In this document: positions 36,771 through 48,719 of the stretch, piece after piece
Numbering within the stretch: position 1 is the stretch's first letter
Layout: each line of letters opens with the position of its first letter
Source: Macrostomum hystrix
Taxonomy: Eukaryota; Animalia; Platyhelminthes
Assembly: GCA_950097015.1 (NCBI GenBank)
Contig: CATNEN010000038.1
Location: forward strand, 24,242,001-24,306,000
Direction: 5' to 3'
Length of the DNA stretch: 64,000 nucleotides
Position numbers and translations under genes: made by a program
Notes under the pieces: model-generated
Told to the model about the DNA's origin: nothing
Databases searched by the model: none
The model's input: the letters and a program-made list of their open reading frames with translations, nothing else

Positions 36771-38339
36771 AAAGATTGAGGGAGAGTAGGAGAGGTGGAG
36801 TGAGATGAATGGATAGCTAGCCGAATTGATTTGAAACGCCCCATTCAAAGAATGGAATGCAACAATTAACAATAGTTGTTAATTTTGACGAGCTAAAAAT
36901 ATCCATGTCCATATATTGGGTTACTTTGAGTTGAATACTGTAATCTTGAAGCTTGTTATGCAAAATCAGATTGCGCTAGTGTACACATGACATATTTTAT
37001 TTGGAATCAGGTGTTTTCTACTCGTAGTAACATTTATAAAATCGTCAATCTTAGAAAATTGTCATTAAACTGCTGCTGCTGCCGCTGAGTGTGAAAATCG
37101 GTTATATATATGGAAGAATTTTCGTCCAATTAGGATGTCTTCGCTTCATCATAAGTAGTTGTCTGAATTGGCTCAAGCGTCATATTGTGAGGCCGAAATT
37201 TCTGCATCTTTGATTTGCGAAAATGTTGATAGGGTCACATGAGTGGCCAGAATGTCACAGCAGCGGCAGCAGCAGCAGCAGCAGCGGCAGCAGCAGCAGC
37301 ACCAGGTGCATCAAAAGTGGTCAAGTGTTTCACAGACAAGGCATTCGTTATAACAGGTTATATAGAGTGGATGAAATTTGTGTGCTCAAATAAGCCCGAA
37401 ATTAATTGGTTAGACATTTGCTCAGGAAAATCAGGAAATTTTTTTTCTAGATCATTCTAGAATACTTCTATTTTAGAACCTTTAACGGTAGAACTACCAA
37501 GGGGGGCGGGAATACATCCACCTGACAATTTTTTGTGCTTCACCCGAACGGAGTAATGCAAGCACACGAAACTCAAGAACACGGCCCAAATTTTTGTTGC
37601 GCATCTTCTGAAACAAGAATCAAGTCGCCAGCTCTTTAGACCGTCGAGATATTCAATGTTTCTGGCCAAAGGTCCAATTTTTCTCATAATAGCTAGGGTA
37701 TCTCATACGCCCCTATACACGAATCAGCACTGTGCCTCAGTGCGACCTTGCCAGGCCTTCAAAATTGATCAGCACGTCATCTGAATGTGCCTGCCTGCAT
37801 CATCTCCGTCTTCGGTGGTCACCTACCTTTATCTAGACGGACTGCTGGACCTTCAAGGGCTACAACAGGTGGAACTAGGCCACTATGGACACCCTGACGC
37901 GAATTTCTCCAATTTCCCTGATCAAGCCTAAATATTAGGCGCAGTTCAACCACAGTACACCATCGTCTGGTCTGTCAACCAATCAGCCACCAACCAACGC
38001 TGTTAGCATTCTGGCACTGCCAAAAAATGTCTGGGCCCCTTGATATTAAAGCGGGCGCCAACATGGCTTGGTTGTCCTACTGTTAATAACTGATTGATTG
38101 AAAATGAATGTTGTTATAAAGAGCAAAAATATTTAAACATGTGGACAATTAGCTAAAACAAAAATCTTATCAATCTTAAGAAGAAGAAGAATCTTAATTT
38201 TTTTATTTTTTTTGCACAGGATTCAAGAAAAGAATTGAACAAAAGGGAAAGATTTTTGCGCTGATTAAACACAGCGGGTGCTATACTTGATTCAATCATA
38301 CAGACTATCCGCTTAGAGCTTTGTTTGAGGGAGACGACA

Positions 38340-40197
38340 AGGGAGAGGAAGGGAGAGAGGAAGCCAGAGAGGAAGGGAGAGAGGAAGGGAAAGAGGAAGG
38401 GGGAGAGGAAGGGGGAGAGAGGAAGGCGGAGAGGAAGGGAGAGAGGAAGTGAGAGAGGAAGGGGGAGAGGAAGGGGGAGAGAGGAAGGGAGAGAGGAAGG
38501 GAAAGAGGAAGGGAGAGAGGAAGGGGGAGAGAGGAAGGCGGAGAGGAAGGGAGAGAGGAAGGGAGAGAGGAAGGGAGAGAGGAAGGGAGAGAGGAAGTGA
38601 GAGAGGAAGGGGGAGAGGAAGGGGGAGAGAGGAAGGGAGAGAGGAAGGGAAAGAGGAAGGGAGAGAGGAAGGGGGAGAGAGGAAGGCGGAGAGGAAGGGA
38701 GAGAGGAAGGGAGAGAGGAAGGGAGAGAGGAAGGGAGAGAGGAAGGGAGAGAGGAAGGGATTGAGGAAGGGGGAGAGAGGAAGGCGGAGAGGAAGGGAGA
38801 GAGGAAGGGAAAGAGGAAGGGGGAGAGGAAGGGGGAGAGAGGAAGGCGGAGAGGAAGGGAGAGAGGAAGCCAGAGAGGAAAGGAGAGAGGAAGGGAGAGA
38901 GGAAGGGAGAGAGGAAGGGAGAGAGGAAGGCGGAGAGGAAGGGAGAGAGGAAGGGAGAGAGGAAGGGAGAGAGGAAGTGAGAGAGGAAGGGGGAGAGGAA
39001 GGGGGAGAGAGGAAGGGAGAGAGGAAGGGAAAGAGGAAGGGAGAGAGGAAGGGGGAGAGAGGAAGGCGGAGAGGAAGGGAGAGAGGAAGGGAGAGAGGAA
39101 GGGAAAGAGGAAGGGAGAGAGGAAGGGGGAGAGAGGAAGGCGGAGAGGAAGGGAGAGAGGAAGGGAGAGAGGAAGGGAGAGAGGAAGTGAGAGAGGAAGG
39201 GGGAGAGGAAGGGGGAGAGAGGAAGGGAGAGAGGAAGGGAAAGAGGAAGGGAGAGAGGAAGGGGGAGAGAGGAAGGCGGAGAGGAAGGGAGAGAGGAAGG
39301 GAGAGAGGAAGGGAGAGAGGAAGGGATTGAGGAAGGGGGAGAGAGGAAGGCGGAGAGGAAGGGAGAGAGGAAGGGAAAGAGGAAGGGGGAGAGGAAGGGG
39401 GAGAGAGGAAGGCGGAGAGGAAGGGAGAGAGGAAGCCAGAGAGGAAAGGAGAGAGGAAGGGAGAGAGGAAGGGAGAGAGGAAGGGAGAGAGGAAGGGGGA
39501 GAGGAAGGGGGAGAGAGGAAGGGAGAGAGGAAGGGAGAGAGGAAGGGAGAGAGGAAGGGATTGAGGAAGGGGGAGAGAGGAAGGCGGAGAGGAAGGGAGA
39601 GAGGAAGGGAAAGAGGAAGGGGGAGAGGAAGGGGGAGAGAGGAAGGCGGAGAGGAAGGGAGAGAGGAAGCCAGAGAGGAAAGGAGAGAGGAAGGGAGAGA
39701 GGAAGGGAGAGAGGAAGGGAGAGAGGAAGGGGGAGAGGAAGGGGGAGAGAGGAAGGGAGAGAGGAAGGGAGAGAGGAAGGGATAGAGGAAGGGGGAGAGA
39801 GGAAGGCGGAGAGGAAGGGAGAGAGGAAGGGAAAGAGGAAGGGGGAGAGGAAGGGGGAGAGAGGAAGGCGGAGAGGAAGGGAGAGAGGAAGGGAAAGAGG
39901 AAGGGGGAGAGGAAGGGGGAGAGAGGAAGGCGGAGAGGAAGGGAGAGAGGAAGCCAGAGAGGAAAGGAGAGAGGAAGGGAGAGAGGAAGGGAGAGAGGAA
40001 GGGAGAGAGGAAAGGAGAGAGGAAGGGAGAGAGGAAGGGAGAGAGGAAGGGAGAGAGGAAAGGAGAGAGGAAGGGAGAGAGGAAGGGAGAGAGGAAGGGA
40101 GAGAGGAAAGGAGAGAGGAAGGGAGAGAGGAAGGGAGAGAGGAAGGGAGAGAGGAAAGGAGAGAGGAAGGGAGAGAGGAAGGGAGAGAGGAAGGGAG
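38340..40197. repeat. 12-bp polypurine satellite GAGAGGAAGGGA
   Basis: ~1.85 kb almost exclusively A/G on the + strand. Confidence 0.97.
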
Positions 40198-40326
40198 CGA
40201 GAAAAACGGGATATAAGTGGTAATAGAGGAATAGGATTTGAGATTTAGAGATGGTGTGTACAATAAAAGAGCGATATAAATTTCAGAAAGCGGTTGTCAT
40301 AGCAACCAAGAATTTCATCAACTCAC

Positions 40327-40471
40327 CGCAGCCGTGTCTCGACTCGTCTTGAAATCGGTCGCAAGCGTCATCTTCGACGTCTTCGGATAGACGATCATTC
40401 GAACAAGACCGCTTGCAACGCTTCACAGCCAGACTCAACGGATTATCGTTAACGGTGCCAGCTAGAGCCAT
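40327..40471 (-). CDS. NR2E3: NR2E3 putative coding exon 1
   Basis: ATG at 40471; MALAGTVNDNPLSLAVKRCKRS...RHGC G|gtgagt is a phase-1 donor matching the phase-1 acceptor at 30980; six exons sum to 2076 nt (692 codons including stop). Confidence 0.7.
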
Positions 40472-40559
40472 TTGTGAGCGCAACGAATTCTTTACCTTTG
40501 TTATCTTCTAATAGCGAGTGAGAGATTGAATTCGCGAGTTTTCTAGACCAAAAGCGCCT

Positions 40560-40760
40560 GTTTTTATGACGGAGGCAGCGGATGATTTTGACGCCCCGGG
40601 GAGGTTGAGGTGGGTTTGGGAGTAACTGGGAAACAGCGGGCGCCGTGGAGGCTGCTGCTCACATGCTCCCAGTTGTGCTCAGCGGTTTGAGTAGGTCGGT
40701 CCCCGGATAGCCAATAGCTGAAGACCCGCCGTAGCTGCCTATTGGCTGAGCTCATTCTGT
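40560..40760 (-). promoter_or_regulatory. Putative NR2E3 promoter / 5' region with inverted CCAAT boxes
   Basis: GC-rich; AGCCAAT (~40709) and ATTGGCT (40741) just upstream of putative exon 1. Confidence 0.35.
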
Positions 40761-40891
40761 TCTAACAAACTGCGATAAGCTCAACTTTGGCTCAAATGAT
40801 AGTTTAAGCTTCTCAAGGTTTGGAATTGTAAGAAAGTTAAATTCGCTACTTTTTTTATTAAACAATTGTCTTGCGATTATTTTCATATCCT

Positions 40892-40985
40892 CATGACTTT
40901 AAGGTCGGGGGTTCGATTCCTGACTTCACTGGAACAATCTGTGTCCTTTTAACAAGACACTTAACTCTGAATTGATTCAGCTGTT
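40892..40985 (+). mobile_element. tRNA-derived SINE family B (CORE-like), 5'-truncated
   Basis: GGGGTTCGATTCC B-box, then CACTGGAACAAT.TGTGTCCTTT..CAAGACACTTAACTC; matches 50115-50272 (reverse). Confidence 0.7.
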
Positions 40986-41019
40986 TAATGAATTGCAGCA
41001 TAAGCTGGGGTTCTTAAGG

Positions 41020-41152
41020 GTTCCGCGGCGAGGCCACATTTATTTTGGAGCTGGTCGTGTAGTTTACTCGCATGAGGGCCAATCTCCAAGGCACAGTGAC
41101 AGTAATACTGACGATAGGAGTGTGCTCAGGAGTCAGCTAAATGGGCAGAATT
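41020..41152 (+). mobile_element. SINE family A fragment
   Basis: TTCCGCGGCGAGGCCACATT...TGCTCAGGAGTCAGC...GGGCAGAATT. Confidence 0.7.
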
Positions 41153-41612
41153 TTTCCTGTAAATATCCCATTGCAACATTCAATCTTATATAGTCAGACA
41201 CAGATTTGTAAAGCCATGGTGTCACTTAAAAAACGTTTGTAACCCTTGATTGGAATAGCTATATAATCTTGAGCAGTCAACTATGAAAAACATGAGACCA
41301 CTGCTACTTACTGTCTTATCTGCTTGTCTAGTCTAGCTTTCCATTTATTCCTTGCATACATAATTTCCTATGCTGTCTCCCCATGGGACAGAACATATGC
41401 GATAGTTATACTCAATTGGAGCACAGTGTCACTTGGCTGAATAATCCTCTAAGATTCATAAACACGGTACATAAAAATTTGTAGACTTCAAATCGACTTA
41501 ACGGTTTCTTAACAACAAATATCCAACCTTAAATATCTACTTAATAAGTAGAGCAATCAGTTTATTAAACAAAAAAAAGTTTATAAAATAATACTAATTG
41601 CCAGGTGCTACA

Positions 41613-41696
41613 GGGCAATGGCACATCATTTGCTGACACTGGACCCGCAGCCAGCGAGGAGGCAATTCTGCCCATTCAGCTGACTCCTGAGCACAC
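41613..41696 (-). mobile_element. SINE family A 3' fragment, inverted
   Basis: Reverse complement of TGCTCAGGAGTCAGC...AAATGATGTGCCATTG. Confidence 0.75.
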
Positions 41697-41739
41697 TGAG
41701 CACACAGAGACACTGTACGCAGGCACACACTCACACAGT

Positions 41740-42140
41740 TCCAATGATCCCACAGTTTATTGGCAGTTATCCCATCATCCCAGTGTATTGGCAGTTATCC
41801 CATCATCCCAGTGTATTGGCAGTTATCCCATGACCTTACAGTGTATTGGCAGTTATCCCATGACCTTACAGTTTATTGGCAGTTATCCCATGACCTTACA
41901 GTGTATTGGCAGTTATCCCATGACCTTACAGTGTATTGGCAGTTATCCCATGACCTTACAGTTTATTGGCAGTTATCCCATGACCTTACAGTGTATTGGC
42001 AGTTATCCAATGACCTTACAGTTTATTGGCAGTTATCCCATGACCTTACAGTGTATTGGCAGTTATCCCATGACCTTACAGTGTATTGGCAGTTATCCAA
42101 TGACCCCACAGTTTAAATTATTTATGTTATCCCATGATAC
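41740..42140. repeat. 30-bp minisatellite GTATTGGCAGTTATCCCATGACCTTACAGT
   Basis: Direct reading. Confidence 0.94.
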
Positions 42141-42334
42141 CATGAAAATATGTCAATGAACATAACAGTTAGAAATTTTGCTCACGAGAAGAAAATTTTG
42201 ACTTTTATTTGTATAGAAAAACAAAATATCCGTTTGAGCTATAAACGCTCTTATAGAAATGTTTAATGCAGCTTAAAACACGTTCGCTTATTACACTCTT
42301 AAAATACTTGGGTACAAATAGCTAACACTTAGAC

Positions 42335-42400
42335 CAGGGGTCGGCAAACTCCGGCCCGCGGGCCAGATCCGGCCCTCGAAGCTCCCAAATCCGGCCCGTT
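42335..42400 (+). mobile_element. hAT (Charlie-like) transposon terminus, solo end
   Basis: CAGGGGTCGGCAAACT followed by CGGCCCGCGGGCCAGATCCGGCCC, a typical hAT TIR and subterminal motif; no partner end seen. Confidence 0.65.
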
Positions 42401-42421
42401 GCCCCTTCCGACACTTATAGT

Positions 42422-42960
42422 ATCTTGTTTCATCTCTCCTGTGTCTCTTCTCTCCTGTGTCTCTTCTCTCCTGTGTCGCATCTCTCCTGTGTCTCATCTC
42501 TCCTGTGTCTCATCTCTCCTGTGTCTCATCTCTCCTGTGTCTCATCTCTCCTGTGTCTCATCTCTCCTGTGTCTCATCTCTCCTGTGTCTCATCTCTCCT
42601 GTGTCTCATCTCTCCTGTGTCTCATCTCTCCTGTGTCTCATCTCTCCTGTGTCTCATCTCTCCTGTGTCGCATCTCTCCTGTGTCTCATCTCTCCTGTGT
42701 CTCATCTCTCCTGTGTCTCATCTCTCCTGTGTCACATCTCTCCTGTGTCTCATCTCTCCTGTGTCTCATCTCTCCTGTGTCTCATCTCTCCTGTGTCTCA
42801 TCTCTCCTGTGTCTCATCTCTCCTGTGTCTCTTCTCTCCTGTGTCTCATCTCTCCTGTGTCTCATCTCTCCTGTGTCTCTTCTCTCCTGTGTCTCTTCTC
42901 TCCTGTGTCTCATCTCTCCTGTGTCTCATCTCTCCTGTGTCGCATCTCTCCTGTGTCGCT
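42422..42960. repeat. 16-bp minisatellite CATCTCTCCTGTGTCT
   Basis: Direct reading; close to the inverse of the 26357-26960 unit. Confidence 0.96.
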
Positions 42961-43052
42961 GATTGATGAATGAAATAGCGTTTATATCAAAAGGATAAAT
43001 TTCTGTCAAGAATCCTTGAATATGCCGACGAGTCTTTGCGAACTTGTTATAG

Positions 43053-43357
43053 TTAGTCAGCAGTCCACGGGCTGCTAATTGCGACCTTCAGCCTTCTTTG
43101 TCCGCTGAATGCCATCCGTCCGTGCTGCACCTGGTGATTGTCGATGATGACAATCTCTTGCCTGTGCAGCTGAAACCCGACGGCCGAAGACCAGGATACT
43201 TCACGAATGTGCTGCAGCACTGCCTCCTCGATGTTTGTCTGGTCGCCGTAAAATGTTGAAAACACCAGCTCTGATGCTGGCACCGAACGGAATGTCGGGT
43301 GCACCGAATAGTAAGTAGAATGATGCGATTGAATGGAGTTGCACCACACCTTGCGGC
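43053..43357 (-). CDS. TauD/TfdA-family dioxygenase, exon 4
   Basis: ccccag|GC; GRKVWCNS...IVIIDNHQVQHGRMAFSGQRRL contains the distal His and 2OG-binding Arg; TAA at 43055-43053. Confidence 0.9.
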
Positions 43358-43382
43358 CTGGGGAGCGTTTGAGTAGGAGTCG

Positions 43383-43900
43383 AATTCCCTAGTAACCTGT
43401 TGAATTCCTTAGTAACCTGTTGAATTCCTTACTAACCTGTTGAATTCCTTAGTAACCTGTTGAATTCCTTAGTAACCTGTTGAATTCCTTAGTAACCTGT
43501 TGAATTCCTTAGTAACCTGTTGAATTCCTTAGTAACCTGTTGAATTCCTTAGTAACCTGTTGAATTCCTTAGTAACCTGTTGAATTCCTTAGTAACCTGT
43601 TGAATTCCATAGTAACCTGTTGAATTCCTTAGTAACATGTTGAATTCCTTAGTAACCTGTTGAATTCCTTAGTAACCTGTTGAATTCCTTAGTAACCTGT
43701 TGAATTCCTTAGTAACCTGTTGAATTCCTTAGTAACATGTTGAATTCCTTAGTAACCTGTTGAATTCCTTAGTAACATGTTGAATTCCTTAGTAACCTGT
43801 TGAATTCCTTAGTAACCTGTTGAATTCCTTAGTAACCTGTTGAATTGCCTAGTCACCTGTTGAATTGCCTAGTCACCTGTTGAATTGCCTAGTAACTTGT
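43383..43900. repeat. 20-bp minisatellite GTAACCTGTTGAATTCCTTA
   Basis: Direct reading. Confidence 0.96.
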
Positions 43901-44027
43901 CGAAATTCCCAGTATATTGTCGAAATTCCTAGCACTTTTTAAACTCCCAGGAATGTTGTTGAATGTCCAGTAATGCTGTTTTATAAAAGCAATAAATTGC
44001 CTTTTAACAAAACGCAAAGAAACCCAC

Positions 44028-44163
44028 CAGTTATAGGATGTCGTTTCGTCGGCGGGAGAACATTCCAATACGTCAGCGAGTCGGTGTTTGTGTCCCACTC
44101 ATAGCTGAACTGTCTCGTCTTGAGGTATTCGTTAACCACTTCTTTGTCTTCAGTGTGAAATAC
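44028..44163 (-). CDS. TauD-family dioxygenase, exon 3
   Basis: VFHTEDKEVVNEYLKTRQFSYEW...KRHPITG; phases 0/1. Confidence 0.87.
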
Positions 44164-44437
44164 CTTTAAACGGGATTCAGAAAAAAGTTTTATGCAGAAA
44201 GTCTTTGTTTAGAATCAAAATGATGACCTAATCGATGTTGGTTTATTTTTAGCTCGTGAATTTATCGATTGGATTTAAATATAATTTCAGCACAAAGAAA
44301 GAATATCCAAACTAATAATTTTGATCACAGATGTCTTTTTATAATCAAACTGCTATTTACACTACTTCTAGTAGTGGTCAGCATTTATTTCAATATAAAT
44401 ACAAAATGAAAAAATATAAAGTAATTCTAACCCTTAC

Positions 44438-44620
44438 CGACTGCCAGTTTAGATAAGTGGCGTTTCGCTTGTGTTTTAGCCGACGCCAATAGCAGATCTG
44501 TTTGTCCTCTAACCGGGCGAGAACTGAGGGATCCAAGTGCTCCAGCACAGAGTCGCTATGCAGCAGGACCGTCTCGCCGCCGTTGCCCACCTCGGCAGGA
44601 ATTTCGCACCAGAAACTGAT
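44438..44620 (-). CDS. TauD-family dioxygenase, exon 2
   Basis: ISFWCEIPAEVGNGGETVLLHS (GGET motif); donor TCG|gtaagg. Confidence 0.9.
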
Positions 44621-44687
44621 CTGGGATAAGTTGATTGGGGAAAGGGATATTTTGTCACATATAAATTTCAAGAAAAAAATCATGATT

Positions 44688-45280
44688 TTTAAGAATTGTG
44701 AATTCTACGAATTTGGATTTATAAAAATAGGGATTTCTAACAATTGGAATTTCTAGGAATCGGGATTTCTAAGAACTAGGATTTCGAAGAGTTTTGGATT
44801 TCTTATAATTGTGATTTCTTGGATTTATAATATCTTAGAATTAGGATTTCTAAGAATTCGGGATTTCTAAGATTTGCGATTTCTTAGAATTAGAATTTGT
44901 AATAATTGGATTTTTAAAGAAATAGGATTTAAAAGAATTGGATTTCTAAGAATTGTGAATTCTACGAATTTGGATTTATAAAAATAGGGATTTCTAACAA
45001 TTGCAATTTCTAGGAATCGGTATTTCTAAGAATTAGGATTTCGAAGAGTTTTGGATTTCTTATAATTGTGATTTCTTGGAATTATAATATCTTAGAATTT
45101 AGGATTTCTAAGAATTCGGGATTTCTAAGATTAGCAATTTCTTAGAATTAGAACTTGTAATAATTTGATTTATAAAGAAATAGAATTTAAAAGAATTGGG
45201 ATTTCTAAGAATTAGGAATTTCTAAAAACTTTAATTTATTGGAATTTGGATTTTAGAGAGTTTGGATTTCTAAGAATTGA
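44688..45280. repeat. Degenerate AAGAATTAGGATTTCT repeat with a ~258-bp tandem duplication
   Basis: Block aagaattgtgaattctacgaatttgg occurs at 44691 and again at ~44949. Confidence 0.8.
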
Positions 45281-45634
45281 TCAATTTTTTTATGATACCT
45301 CAAAGGAGCTATTGTATAAACAATTTCCCAGCTTATTAAAGACATTCAACTATTTAAACTAACTATTTAAACTTAGTTTTCAAGCTAGGCTTAATCTATT
45401 AGTCGCACCATTTGTTCAGATTAAAAAACTATTTCAATGCTTAGTTTGTCAGCTAGTACGTTAAGTTAAGATAAACCTTCCTATCATGCTCTAAAGGCGT
45501 GTGCATGACTTTTTTTCGACGAAATCAGAATGTTTACAGAAGTGCTTTTACGAAATGCAAAGTTTAGACCAAATGTGCTTTATAAATAGGTAGTTCTACC
45601 ACCTGTTTGACTTAGCTTACATGCGTGAAACTAA

Positions 45635-48400
45635 TGAATACCTGTTAGACTCGAGTGAATGCCTGTTAGATTCGAGTGAATGCCTGTTAGACTCGAGTGA
45701 ATGCCTGTTAGACTCGAGTGAATGCCTGTTAGACTCGAGTGAATGCCTGTTAGACTCGAGTGAATGCCTGTTAGACTCGAGTGAATCCCTGTTTGACTCG
45801 AATGAATGCCTGTTAGACTCGAGTGAATGCCTGTTAGATTCGAGTGAATACCTGTTAGATTCGAGTGAATGCCTGTTAGATTCGAGTGAATGCCTGTTAG
45901 ACTCGAGTGAATGCCTGTTAGACTTGATTGAATGCCTGTTAGACTCGAGTGAATGCCTGTTAGACTTGATTGAATGCCTGTTAGACTCGAGTGAATGCCT
46001 GTTAGACTCGAGTGAGTGCCTGTTAGACTCGAGTGAATGCCTGTTAGACTCGAGTGAATGCCTGTTAGATTCGAGTGAATGCCTGTTAGACTTGATTGAA
46101 TGCCTGTTAGATTCGAGTGAATGCCTGTTAGACTCGAGTGAGTGCCTGTTAGACTCGAGTGAATGCCTGTTTGACTTGATTGAATGCCTGTTAGACTTGA
46201 TTGAATGCCTGTTAGATTCGAGTTAATACCTGTTAGATTCGAGTGAATGCCTGTTAGACTCGGGTGAATGCCTGTTAGACTCGAGTGAATGCCTGTTAGA
46301 CTTGATTGAATGCCTGTTAGACTCGAGTGAATGCCTGTTAGACTTGATTGAATGCCTGTTAGACTCGAGTGAATACCTGTTAGATTCGAGTGAATGCCTG
46401 TTAGACTCGGGTGAATGCCTGTTAGACTTGATTGAATGCCTGTTAGACTCGAGTGAATGCCTGTTAGACTTGATTGAATGCCTGTTAGACTCGAGTGAAT
46501 GCCTGTTTGACTTGATTGAATGCCTGTTAGACTCGGGTGAATGCCTGTTAGACTTGATTGAATGCCTGTTAGACTCGAGTGAATACCTGTTAGATTCGAG
46601 TGAATCCCTGTTTGACTCGAGTGAATGCCTGTTAGACTTGATTGAATGCCTGTTAGACTCGAGTGAATGCCTGTTAGACTTGATTGAATGCCTGTTAGAC
46701 TCGAGTGAATGCCTGTTTGACTTGATTGAATGCCTGTTTGACTCGAGTGAATGCCTGTTAGACTCGAGTGAATGCCTGTTTGACTTGATTGAATGCCTGT
46801 TAGACTCGAGTGAATGCCTGTTAGACTCGAGTGAATGCCTGTTAGACTCGAGTGAATGCCTGTTAGACTCGAGTGAATGCCTGTTTGACTTGATTGAATG
46901 CCTGTTAGACTCGAGTGAATGCCTGTTAGACTCGAGTGAATGCCTGTTAGACTCGAGTGAATGCCTGTTAGACTCGAGTGAATGCCTGTTTGACTTGATT
47001 GAATGCCTGTTTGACTCGAGTGAATGCCTGTTAGACTTGATTGAATGCCTGTTAGACTCGAGTGAATGCCTGTTAGATTCGAGTGAATACCTGTTAGATT
47101 CGAGTGAATGCCTGTTAGACTCGAGTGAATGCCTGTTTGACTTGATTGAATGCCTGTTAGACTCGAGTGAATGCCTGTTAGACTCGAGTGAATGCCTGTT
47201 AGACTTGATTGAATGCCTGTTAGACTCGAGTGAATGCCTGTTAGACTCGAGTGAGTGCCTGTTAGACTCGAGTGAATGCCTGTTAGACTCGAGTGAATGC
47301 CTGTTAGACTCGAGTGAATGCCTGTTAGACTCGAGTGAATGCCTGTTAGACTTGATTGAATGCCTGTTTGACTTGATTGAATGCCTGTTAGACTTGATTG
47401 AATGCCTGTTAGACTCGGGTGAATGCCTGTTAGACTCGAGTGAATGCCTGTTAGACTCGAATGAATGCCTGTTAGATTCGAGTGAATGCCTGTTAGACTC
47501 GAGTGAATGCCTGTTAGACTCGAGTGAATGCCTGTTAGACTCGAGTGAATGCCTGTTAGACTCGAGTGAATGCCTGTTAGACTCGAGTGAATGCCTGTTA
47601 GACTTGATTGAATGCCTGTTTGACTTGATTGAATGCCTGTTAGACTTGATTGAATGCCTGTTAGACTCGAGTGAATGCCTGTTAGACTCGAGTGAATGCC
47701 TGTTAGACTCGAGTGAATGCCTGTTAGACTTGATTGAATGCCTGTTTGACTTGATTGAATGCCTGTTAGACTTGATTGAATGCCTGTTAGACTCGAATGA
47801 ATGCCTGTTTGACTTGATTGAATGCCTGTTAGACTCGAGTGAATGCCTGTTTGACTCGAGTGAATGCCTGTTAGACTCGAGTGAATGCCTGTTAGACTTG
47901 ATTGAATGCCTGTTAGACTCGAGTGAATGCCTGTTTGACTTGATTGAATGCCTGTTAGACTCGAGTGAATGCCTGTTAGACTCGAGTGAATGCCTGTTTG
48001 ACTCGAGTGAATGCCTGTTAGACTTGATTGAATGCCTGTTAGACTCGAGTGAATGCCTGTTTGACTTGATTGAATGCCTGTTAGACTCGAGTGAATGCCT
48101 GTTAGACTCGAGTGAATGCCTGTTAGACTCGAGTGAATGCCTGTTTGACTCGAGTGAATGCCTGTTAGACTCGAGTGAATGCCTGTTAGACTTGATTGAA
48201 TGCCTGTTAGACTCGAGTGAATGCCTGTTTGACTTGATTGAATGCCTGTTAGACTCGAGTGAATGCCTGTTAGACTTGATTGAATGCCTGTTAGACTCGA
48301 GTGAATGCCTGTTTGACTTGATTGAATGCCTGTTAGACTCGAGTGAATGCCTGTTAGACTCGAGTGAATGCCTGTTAGACTCGAGTGAATGCCTTTTAGA
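45635..48400. repeat. 21-bp minisatellite GAATGCCTGTTAGACTCGAGT (~130 units)
   Basis: Direct reading; explains the ECLLDSS / SNRHSLE pseudo-ORFs. Confidence 0.97.
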
Positions 48401-48719
48401 CCTACTCAACACCAAAATGTGCATGATTAAGCTGTATTAGACAGGTAAGATAGACAGCCAGACTCTTCAGTATCGAGGCTATGCCATACAAGCGAAAGAG
48501 AATATAAATACCTTGAAGTGTATTGTCTGTCAATTGTATGGACCAACTTTACAACACGTCCAGGCTCTAAAAAAGACTAAATTGTCTTGTCTAGGAGTGG
48601 CGCCACGACTCACTCAAACTGAGCTTTCGGGTGCGGTAAGCCTATTGTAGTATGAGTATTAAAGAATTCTACTATTTCTGCCATTCTAATTATAATAATT
48701 AATAATATTGATAATAATT

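Noticed and set aside
37239-37460. polyAla ORF MSGQNVTAAAA...
   Set aside because: CAG microsatellite in NR2E3 intron 1, antisense, with no homology or convincing splice context
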